Shown here: positions 19,400 to 26,495 of the stretch, piece after piece | How the letters are laid out: every line of letters begins with the position of its first letter | Numbering within the stretch: position 1 is the stretch's first letter | IMG/VR virus record: IMGVR_UViG_3300020045_016362 | Location: 1 to 35,234 of that record | Origin: a virus | Lineage: Duplodnaviria; Caudoviricetes | Direction: 5' to 3' (one strand) | Length of the DNA stretch: 35,234 nucleotides | The notes under the pieces: generated by a model | The model's input: the letters and a program-made list of their open reading frames with translations, nothing else | Databases searched by the model: none | What the model was told of the DNA's origin: nothing | Translations under genes and position numbers: made by a program

Positions 19400-19673
19400 T
19401 GTACATCGATGTCCCGATAAAAACCGTTGTACACTCAAACGCCGACTGTATCGATGTTTTGAAGCCCGGACAACGGGACAACGATTAGATGAAAGACTTT
19501 ATGAGATAATATGTGTATACCACCATAGCTATACTATATATAATATATAAATACTTTTTAAATAATTGTTGTCCCTGATGTCCCATAGTGTTTAAGCCCT
19601 AAAGTAGGCACTTAGAGCGTACAACGATAGGGACATTGATTAGTGTTTTGTACATTGATTCTATTGTCCATAT
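19400..19673. repeat. Origin-like element, copy 2
   Basis: Imperfect direct repeat of 6518-6790; iterons conserved, spacers diverged. Confidence 0.75.
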
Positions 19674-19762
19674 GTTTTTCAATGAAAAATAATTACTCTA
19701 TTATTATGATGTAAAATTACTATAATATTATGTTAAATTGTCTCAATCTATAATATAATTTA

Positions 19763-20371
19763 TTATTGACTCATTTCATTATAATAAATAAATATTCTTT
19801 TAACATAATTAGTAGTTTCTGTATATATAAAACCGGCTGCTTGAAAGTGTGGCTGAATTTTATCATACTCTATACAGTCGTCCTGTTTTGTTAAACATAT
19901 TCTCTCTGATTTTAATATATTACCTGCACCTGCATTATATGCTGCAAAAGTTAATTTAAATTTAGTCTCTAGTGTTCTATTTTTATTATTAAAATATTTA
20001 AATTGCAATTGATCATAATAAACACCTAATATTATATTTGTTTTAACGTCAAATATATTATCTCTGATGATATCTGTATTAGAAAGAATTTCTTTGTGTT
20101 TTAGAATATCTTTGTAAGTTGTGGGCATTAGCTGCATTAAACCAGACGCTCCCACATATGACACGTCTGTTTCGTTAAGATTTGACTCTTGTATCGCTTG
20201 CGCTTTAATTATTTTATATGAATAAAATTCTTCATAAATAAAAAAACGCTTCTTATATTCTTTATAGAAAAGAATGTCATATTTATTAAAGTTTTTTAAT
20301 TTTTTAATTCCTGTATATTCTGCTGCTGATATATTTAAACATAAAAACATTAATATTAATAATAATTTCAT
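19763..20371 (-). CDS. Lytic transglycosylase (SLT) endolysin with signal peptide
   Basis: QAIQES, GASGLMQLMP, AAYNAGAGN, ETTNYV; N-terminal MKLLLILMFLCLNISA. Confidence 0.88.
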   Translation of the reverse strand: MKLLLILMFLCLNISAAEYTGIKKLKNFNKYDILFYKEYKKRFFIYEEFYSYKIIKAQAIQESNLNETDVSYVGASGLMQLMPTTYKDILKHKEILSNTDIIRDNIFDVKTNIILGVYYDQLQFKYFNNKNRTLETKFKLTFAAYNAGAGNILKSERICLTKQDDCIEYDKIQPHFQAAGFIYTETTNYVKRIFIYYNEMSQ

Positions 20372-20394
20372 TTATTTTTTCCTTTTTTTTGTTA

Positions 20395-20448
20395 ATTATA
20401 TATTCTTATTCTGATATTTGAGATTTTGTTTTTTAATTTTGCTATAAT
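20395..20448. promoter_or_regulatory. Divergent -10 boxes (endolysin / first early gene)
   Basis: TATAAT on minus at 20395-20400 and on plus at 20443-20448. Confidence 0.6.
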
Positions 20449-20474
20449 TATGTTAAGAAAAGAAGGAGAACATA

Positions 20475-20687
20475 ATGAAAATACAAATAATAGAAAATAA
20501 ATTAAATAATCTAGATGTTGATTATAAATCATTAAGAAATTTGGCGTCATTATTTCTAGAAGATTTAAAAAACATAGATTCATTTGAATTTAGAGTTGGA
20601 AAAAGAGAAACGAAAAAAACTATTAGATCTCATTTAGGTTTTTTAAAAAATGGAGAAATAGTTAAAATATTTGTTGAAAATATATAG
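20475..20687 (+). CDS. Hypothetical protein
   Basis: AAGGAG RBS and upstream TATAAT. Confidence 0.7.
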   Translation: MKIQIIENKLNNLDVDYKSLRNLASLFLEDLKNIDSFEFRVGKRETKKTIRSHLGFLKNGEIVKIFVENI

Positions 20688-20690
20688 TTT

Positions 20691-20804
20691 TTATTCGTAT
20701 TTTTGACGCAAAAGTTAAAAATTACTGTATAATATGTTATGTTTTAGGATTTAGAGTCCTATAACATATAAAGAAAAGAAAAAAAATACATAGGAAGGTA
20801 TTCA
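20691..20804 (+). promoter_or_regulatory. Early cassette copy 1 (lacks hairpin 2)
   Basis: TTATTCGT...TTGA-TATAAT, hairpin TATGTTTTAGGA/TCCTATAACATA, GGAAGGTA RBS. Confidence 0.8.
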
Positions 20805-21020
20805 ATGAAAAATTTAGATACAGTTTTAGAGAAACTTAAAAACTCTATTATATACATTATTAATAGTGATAGCGTTATATCTGCTGAGCATAGAGATAAT
20901 GTTGTTCTTGTTAAACAAACAAACAAAGAGACAGGTGAGAAATCTAATACATTAATTAAATTTGATTTAATTAGTTCTTTTCTAGAAAAAAATATAACTA
21001 ATTCTAGAATTTATTCATAA
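20805..21020 (+). CDS. Hypothetical protein
   Basis: Cassette RBS directly upstream. Confidence 0.75.
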   Translation: MKNLDTVLEKLKNSIIYIINSDSVISAEHRDNVVLVKQTNKETGEKSNTLIKFDLISSFLEKNITNSRIYS

Positions 21021-21041
21021 AAAAAACAGGGAAGGTAAAAA

Positions 21042-21356
21042 ATGAAAAAAGAATGTGGAAGAATAGCGCTTTTGAGCGATGTTGTAGAAAAAACAGTTTT
21101 AAATTATAATAATTATTTATTAGTAGATACATTTTCTAATACTATAATTACAGTTAAATTTAATCAATATTTTAATGTTGTTATTAAACAAATTAATAAT
21201 AGAAATTCAATAGAGCATTCATTTAATAGAGATGAATTAAATAATTATCTATTAAACTATCTATCTAAATATAGTCTAACTATTTTAAGAAAGTTTTTTA
21301 TCGTTGATCTAGAAAATAAAAATAAATTATCATTGATTGATAAGAAGGAGCTTTAA
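21042..21356 (+). CDS. Hypothetical protein
   Basis: GGAAGGTA RBS; weak similarity to 20805..21020. Confidence 0.75.
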   Translation: MKKECGRIALLSDVVEKTVLNYNNYLLVDTFSNTIITVKFNQYFNVVIKQINNRNSIEHSFNRDELNNYLLNYLSKYSLTILRKFFIVDLENKNKLSLIDKKEL

Positions 21357-21357
21357 A

Positions 21358-21513
21358 ATGTTAGAATATATTACACTATATGATGTTGTTTTATGTTTTT
21401 TTATGTATTGTTTATTTACATTAGTTCTTTTTGTTATTGATATAAAAAACAAAAATGATATTAACTATTTTAAAAATAGTAAATTAGATTTTAGTGTATC
21501 TAACAATGAGTAA
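21358..21513 (+). CDS. Small membrane protein, 51 aa (not in ORF track)
   Basis: AAGGAG RBS; MLEYITLYDVVLCFFMYCLFTLVLFVIDIKNK...; fills the gap and its stop overlaps the next ATG. Confidence 0.7.
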   Translation: MLEYITLYDVVLCFFMYCLFTLVLFVIDIKNKNDINYFKNSKLDFSVSNNE

Positions 21514-21793
21514 AAAATACTGTTCTTGTATACCTGACGTTATATTTAATATAGATATATCTGAAGCCTGCAAATTGCACGATAATATCTGTGGAGAAAA
21601 AGGTCCTTTAAATCCTTTTTCTTCTGTTATTCCGTTTTATAACTCTTTAATATCATTGAGAATTAATAAAATTCTTGTTATTATGATAGTTTTTGGCGGA
21701 ACTTTTGGATGTTTATTAAAATATCCTTATTTATTATATAAAAAAATTATCTGGAGAAAAGAAAATGGAAGAGAAAAAAATATACAATATTAA
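21506..21793 (+). CDS. Small protein with phospholipase A2-like CxxHD motif and C-terminal TM segment
   Basis: YCSCIPD...EACKLHDNIC; ATG at 21506 coupled to the upstream stop. Confidence 0.55.
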   Translation: MSKKYCSCIPDVIFNIDISEACKLHDNICGEKGPLNPFSSVIPFYNSLISLRINKILVIMIVFGGTFGCLLKYPYLLYKKIIWRKENGREKNIQY

Positions 21794-22136
21794 TTTAAAT
21801 ACTGTTAAAGAAGTAAAGAAAATAAAAAATATTGAGCATTTCGAATTTATGTGTTATTTATGTGATGAATGTATGTCGTGTAGAAATGATGCTCATTTAA
21901 ATATAGATAATTTATATAAATATATTACATATAATGATGATAGTAATATTAGTAAATTAATGTCATTATATAAAACTAAGAAATTAGAAAAATTAGTAGA
22001 AGATTTAATTAATGTTAAATATGAAAATTCTGTTTCTCCTGTTTTTTTAGTTGAGTTATTTTTTGAATTAGAATTAGAACATAAATTACAATTTGATCAG
22101 ATGATTAAATTATTGAAAAGATATTTAAAATTTTAA
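21765..22136 (+). CDS. Hypothetical protein with CxxCxxCxxC motif
   Basis: GGAG RBS; CYLCDECMSC. Confidence 0.7.
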   Translation: MEEKKIYNINLNTVKEVKKIKNIEHFEFMCYLCDECMSCRNDAHLNIDNLYKYITYNDDSNISKLMSLYKTKKLEKLVEDLINVKYENSVSPVFLVELFFELELEHKLQFDQMIKLLKRYLKF

Positions 22137-22204
22137 CAATAATCTAACTTTTTTCTAATTTGACTCCTATAACATCATATAAATAAAATTTAATAGGGGT
22201 CAAT

Positions 22205-22645
22205 ATGAAAAAAAGATTACTACTAGTGAATCAATTTAAGAAAATTATAAATACTGATTATGAATCAGATTTAAAAATTTTTAGCAAAACAGCGTTTAAA
22301 ATTATATGTGATGAAGATTATTTTTTAGCAGTTTCAAAATATGAAAATAAATACATTATAAAAAAACATAATCTAATTAATCTAGATTATATAATTTATA
22401 ATAAATTTATAATTATTAATAGATCTGTTTTAGTTAATAATGAGTTGATAAATAAAGAAAAATTATCTTTATTTTATTTTGAAAATATGAAAGAAGAAAT
22501 TAAAGATATTTTATCAATTGATGAAACTATATTTAATTCTTTTATGATAGATGAATTTAACAAAATTCTTTATGTAAAAAATAGTACTAATAGAAAGAAT
22601 TTATTATCAATATTCAATTTATTATTAAATTATTTAAAAATATAG
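22205..22645 (+). CDS. Hypothetical protein
   Basis: 146-aa ORF with AGGGG RBS. Confidence 0.7.
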   Translation: MKKRLLLVNQFKKIINTDYESDLKIFSKTAFKIICDEDYFLAVSKYENKYIIKKHNLINLDYIIYNKFIIINRSVLVNNELINKEKLSLFYFENMKEEIKDILSIDETIFNSFMIDEFNKILYVKNSTNRKNLLSIFNLLLNYLKI

Positions 22646-22660
22646 CCAGTTTTTGGCTAT
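22642..22660 (+). terminator. Possible terminator hairpin
   Basis: ATAGCCA-GTTTT-TGGCTAT at the stop codon; weak U-tract. Confidence 0.5.
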
Positions 22661-22701
22661 CTTTATAATAAAATGTATTTTTTTTATAAAAAATGCAATT
22701 A

Positions 22702-22851
22702 TTATTCGTGTTTTTGAGATTATTTTTAAAAATTACGGTATAATATGTTATGTTTTAAGAAAATGGGTCTTATAACATAGAAAGAAAAGTTTTTCTCGAA
22801 AGAGATTTAATGAATAAAAGAAATAAAAAAACCGACAGGAAGGTAAAAACA
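22702..22851 (+). promoter_or_regulatory. Early cassette copy 2
   Basis: Promoter, hairpin 1, TCTC-GAAA-GAGA hairpin, GGAAGGTA. Confidence 0.85.
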
Positions 22852-23058
22852 ATGAAAACTCAAAACTTAATTAATGTATTAACATTTAATTTTAAAAACT
22901 CTAAATCAATATCTAAAGAAGAAATTCAAAATATGATTAATAACTGTAAAAACATAGAAATGTTAGAAGCGTTTTATTTAGATGCACTAGAAACTGGAAA
23001 AAACTTTACTGTAGCTAGTTTTAAATCTATTATTAAAAGAATTAATGAAATTAATTAA
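22852..23058 (+). CDS. Hypothetical protein, 68 aa (start revised); paralog of the N-terminus of 23211..23714
   Basis: ATG follows the cassette RBS; shared LIN...FKNSK.I..EEI...FTV.SF motif. Confidence 0.8.
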   Translation: MKTQNLINVLTFNFKNSKSISKEEIQNMINNCKNIEMLEAFYLDALETGKNFTVASFKSIIKRINEIN

Positions 23059-23061
23059 TTC

Positions 23062-23210
23062 TTATTCGTGTTTTTGATAATAATTTTAAAAATTTAGATA
23101 TAATATGGTATGTTTTAAGAAAATGGTTCTTATAACATACCAGTTAAAAGTTTTTCTCGAAAGAGATTCAATGAAGAAGAAAAGAAAAAATTACGGGAAG
23201 GTAAAAAATA
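23062..23210 (+). promoter_or_regulatory. Early cassette copy 3
   Basis: TGGTATGTTTTAAGA/TCTTATAACATACCA, TCTC-GAAA-GAGA, GGAAGGTA. Confidence 0.85.
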
Positions 23211-23714
23211 ATGAAAACTACAACTAGAGCTTATTTAATTAATATGTTTGCAGAATATTTTAAAAATTCTAAAAATATAACTAGAGAAGAAATTTATGAA
23301 TCAGTAAAGGAATGCGATCCAGAAATTTTACACGAGTATTTTAAATTTAGAAAAACTACAAGATTTACAGTTTCAAGTTTTAGAGCAATGATTAAAAATG
23401 TTAAAATTCATATGAAAATTATTAACAAAATTAACGATAAAGAAGTTAAACAAAACATAGTACATTTTGAAAAAATTACAGATGAAGAAGAAAACTTATG
23501 TTATATTTTAACAGAAATTAATGATTATACAGATGAAGAATCTTTTTTAGATGATAATACAATTAGTCAATTAAAATATAAAAAAGATGAAACATTTGAT
23601 TATTTATTTTATAATACAGAAGAAGAAATTAGAGAAATATTAACAAAAAATAATTATGTTAATATTGATATTGATACAATTTCTTATAGATCACTAAGAA
23701 TCAGGGGGCTTTAA
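23211..23714 (+). CDS. Hypothetical protein
   Basis: Cassette RBS; acidic C-terminal half. Confidence 0.8.
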   Translation: MKTTTRAYLINMFAEYFKNSKNITREEIYESVKECDPEILHEYFKFRKTTRFTVSSFRAMIKNVKIHMKIINKINDKEVKQNIVHFEKITDEEENLCYILTEINDYTDEESFLDDNTISQLKYKKDETFDYLFYNTEEEIREILTKNNYVNIDIDTISYRSLRIRGL

Positions 23715-23932
23715 TGTTAAATAGAAAAAATTTATTAGAACAATTTAATATCTATGATATATTAATTAGTAATAAAAGTTATAATGCAAGCGATGCAGAT
23801 TTTTATTATCATATATTATTAGATGAAAAATTATGTTTAGATTTAGAATTTGAATTTATCATAACAGAATTATCAAGAGATAATTTTCAAGATTTTTTAA
23901 CTATCTATAGATTAGCTAGAAAATTAAATTAG
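23714..23932 (+). CDS. Hypothetical protein
   Basis: TAATG coupling with upstream gene; AGGGGG RBS. Confidence 0.7.
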   Translation: MLNRKNLLEQFNIYDILISNKSYNASDADFYYHILLDEKLCLDLEFEFIITELSRDNFQDFLTIYRLARKLN

Positions 23933-24071
23933 TTATTAGTGTTTTTGATAATAATTTAAAAAATTACAGTATAATATGTTATAAAACTTAATTTAGGTCT
24001 TATAACATATTAAAGTTTTTCTAGAAATAGATTTAAAAAGAAAGAAAAAAATTACAGGAAGGTAAAAAACA
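23933..24071 (+). promoter_or_regulatory. Early cassette copy 4
   Basis: AATATGTTATAA/TTATAACATATT, TCTA-GAAA-TAGA, GGAAGGTA. Confidence 0.85.
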
Positions 24072-24356
24072 ATGAAACGATTAAAGAGTTTTTCAATAGA
24101 TGATTTTATTGATGATATGAATGTTATGATAGATGTTTTTTTTGAAACAGAATCAGCTGATTTTAGAAATAAAATGTATGATGATATTATGAAATTATGT
24201 ATAACAAAAAGAATTAATAAAAATACTCTAGCAGAATTATTTATTAATTATAAATTAAAAGATTTTGTTATTAAAGCTGTTTTAAGAATTTTAATGAGAC
24301 ATTATATAGAAATAGATAATGAAGAAATTGAAGATAAAAAATTAGGAGAATTTTAA
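24072..24356 (+). CDS. Hypothetical protein
   Basis: Cassette RBS. Confidence 0.78.
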   Translation: MKRLKSFSIDDFIDDMNVMIDVFFETESADFRNKMYDDIMKLCITKRINKNTLAELFINYKLKDFVIKAVLRILMRHYIEIDNEEIEDKKLGEF

Positions 24357-24565
24357 TGACACGATTAGATTTTTTTTATAAAATTAGTAATGAAATTACA
24401 TTTATATCAGCAGAAGAAAAAACAGAGATTAAAAAATATTTGTTAATAACAGATGATTTTTATGATATAGCAGATAAAATTCTTTATCTATTAGATAATG
24501 ATAATCTAAATTATAAAAATTTTATGAGTGTTATTCGTATTTTTGATAATAATTTTAAAAATTAG
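24356..24565 (+). CDS. Hypothetical protein
   Basis: AGGAG RBS, TAATG coupling; last codons are read from the next cassette. Confidence 0.7.
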   Translation: MTRLDFFYKISNEITFISAEEKTEIKKYLLITDDFYDIADKILYLLDNDNLNYKNFMSVIRIFDNNFKN

Positions 24566-24676
24566 TGTATAATATGTTATAAAACTTGAAATAGAGTCTT
24601 ATAACATATTAAAGGTTTTCGCTTAAAGCGATTCAATGAAGAAAAAAATAAAAAATTACAGGAAGGTAAAAAAACA
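24531..24676 (+). promoter_or_regulatory. Early cassette copy 5
   Basis: AATATGTTATAA/TTATAACATATT, TCGC-TTAAA-GCGA, GGAAGGTA. Confidence 0.85.
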
Positions 24677-24976
24677 ATGAAAGATTTAAAAGAAGTAAAA
24701 CAGGTTTTAATTAGATTCGAAGATGAATCTAAAACAGCTAAATTAATACAAGAATTTGTATTTTCTAATTATGTGTTTAAAACAGGAGAAAATGAGTATG
24801 ATTTTGATAAATATTTTAATATCATAAGTTCCATAAATAAAATGTTTTTAAACTATGATACAAAATATGCTAGAGATTCATATGCTCTAATAGAATTATT
24901 CTATTTTATTAATCTAAAACAAGAAGAAAAAGAAGAATTATTATCTTTTTTGAAAGATTATTTAATTTTTATCTAA
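24677..24976 (+). CDS. Hypothetical protein
   Basis: Cassette RBS. Confidence 0.78.
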   Translation: MKDLKEVKQVLIRFEDESKTAKLIQEFVFSNYVFKTGENEYDFDKYFNIISSINKMFLNYDTKYARDSYALIELFYFINLKQEEKEELLSFLKDYLIFI

Positions 24977-24978
24977 TC

Positions 24979-25130
24979 TTATTCGTGTTTTTGATAATAA
25001 TTTAAAAAATTTAGATATAATATGGTATGTTTTAAGAAATTGGATCTTATAACATACCAGTTAAAAGTTTTTCGCTTAAAGCGATTCAATGAAGAAAAGA
25101 AAAGAAAAAAACCATAGGAAGGTAAAAACA
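24979..25130 (+). promoter_or_regulatory. Early cassette copy 6
   Basis: TGGTATG...CATACCA, TCGC-TTAAA-GCGA, GGAAGGTA. Confidence 0.85.
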
Positions 25131-25736
25131 ATGAAAACTCAAGAAATAAATTTAATGTTAAAAAAACAATCTGAAACAATCATAGAATCTATGAATAATG
25201 TTTTAGAGAATGTTAATGTTGCTAGAAAAAATAGTGCTTCTTTTGAAATTATGGATTATGATTTTGATAATAAATATTTTATATTAGAAAATAATAATGA
25301 TATAACAGTAGAAAATGATATCGTAGATGCAGATGTTATAGAAAAAAATACTGAATTACATATTTATACATATTGTAATACATATTTTAATGAATCTTTC
25401 GATAATACAAGAGATTTTATTATCATAGATAACATAATCTATCCGTCAAAAATGGCTTTCTATAAAATTTTTAAGAAAGAATTAAAAAATGCAGCTCTAA
25501 TTACTGGTTTAGATTATAAATTCTTATGTAATGTATTTAATAAATACTCTAAAGAAGTAGTTTTATTTTGTTTAAATTTAAGAAGAAATAAAAAATATTC
25601 TTCATTTTTAAAACTATTATTAATATTAACTGATTATGAAACTAATTTATCTAAATTTGATTATAACGATGTTGCTACAGCGTATTATAAAAAAATGTTA
25701 AAAATAGAATTCAAAGAATTTTTAGAGTTAATCTAA
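25131..25736 (+). CDS. Hypothetical protein, 201 aa (start revised)
   Basis: ATG at 25131 follows the cassette RBS. Confidence 0.8.
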   Translation: MKTQEINLMLKKQSETIIESMNNVLENVNVARKNSASFEIMDYDFDNKYFILENNNDITVENDIVDADVIEKNTELHIYTYCNTYFNESFDNTRDFIIIDNIIYPSKMAFYKIFKKELKNAALITGLDYKFLCNVFNKYSKEVVLFCLNLRRNKKYSSFLKLLLILTDYETNLSKFDYNDVATAYYKKMLKIEFKEFLELI

Positions 25737-25930
25737 TGAAGACTTTATTTCTTTTAGCTATTATATCAGTGTTTTTTAGCACTGATATATTGGCAGAAAC
25801 TAAATCTAATAATCTATTTAATAAAAAAATAGATAAAAAGTCTTTAGATAGTAAATTATTATCTAAGGATTTTGATAAAAAATATGAATTATTATGTAAA
25901 TTTGAAAAATGTAGAGTAATTCATAAATAA
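25736..25930 (+). CDS. Small exported protein
   Basis: Signal peptide MKTLFLLAIISVFFSTDILA; TAATG coupling. Confidence 0.65.
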   Translation: MKTLFLLAIISVFFSTDILAETKSNNLFNKKIDKKSLDSKLLSKDFDKKYELLCKFEKCRVIHK

Positions 25931-25939
25931 TTTTAATTC

Positions 25940-26090
25940 TTATTCGTAGTTTTGAGATTATTTTTTAAAATTACAGTATAATATGTTATGTTTTAAGAAA
26001 TAGGTCTTATAACATAGAAATAAAAAGAGTTTTTCGCTTAAAGCGATTCAATGAAGAAAAGAAATAATAAAAAAACAGGAAGGTAAAAAA
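25940..26090 (+). promoter_or_regulatory. Early cassette copy 7
   Basis: TATGTTTTAAGA/TCTTATAACATA, TCGC-TTAAA-GCGA, GGAAGGTA. Confidence 0.85.
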
Positions 26091-26378
26091 ATGAAAACAA
26101 TTAACTTAAAAAACTTAAAAACACTAACTAAAAGATGTAATTCTTATCTAACAGAAGATTTTAATACATATTTATTCTCTGTTGTTGCAGTAAATTATGA
26201 TAAAAGAACTTGTGCAGTAGTAAAATCGATAGCAGATGGTTATTTATATTGTGATTTTTCAGATGAATTTTCTATAAAAATATTTTCAGATGAAATAAAA
26301 GAGATGACATTCGTAGAAGTAGAACAATTTTTTAATGTTTCTATTAATTTTAATGTAAATTTAGATAAATTATTATAA
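26091..26378 (+). CDS. Hypothetical protein
   Basis: Cassette RBS. Confidence 0.78.
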   Translation: MKTINLKNLKTLTKRCNSYLTEDFNTYLFSVVAVNYDKRTCAVVKSIADGYLYCDFSDEFSIKIFSDEIKEMTFVEVEQFFNVSINFNVNLDKLL

Positions 26379-26495
26379 AAATATAGTATAATATGTTATA
26401 AAACTCATTTTGGGTCTTATAACATATTAAAGAAAGTTTTTCTCGAAAGAGATTCAAAAAGAAAAGAAAAAAAACCCATAGGAAGGTAATTATCA
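26359..26495 (+). promoter_or_regulatory. Early cassette copy 8 (5' part degenerate)
   Basis: TATAAT at 26387, AATATGTTATAA/TTATAACATATT, TCTC-GAAA-GAGA, GGAAGGTA. Confidence 0.82.

Noticed and set aside
20691-26495. Early repeats as a CRISPR array for TnpB
   Set aside because: Repeats are over 100 bp, contain a promoter and RBS, and are separated by whole genes rather than 25-40 nt spacers; the sequence after TTCAA is a conserved purine tract, not variable guides
22702-26495. Integron attC cassette array
   Set aside because: No tyrosine recombinase; the dyad runs GTT...AAC, the reverse of attC core order; each unit has its own promoter
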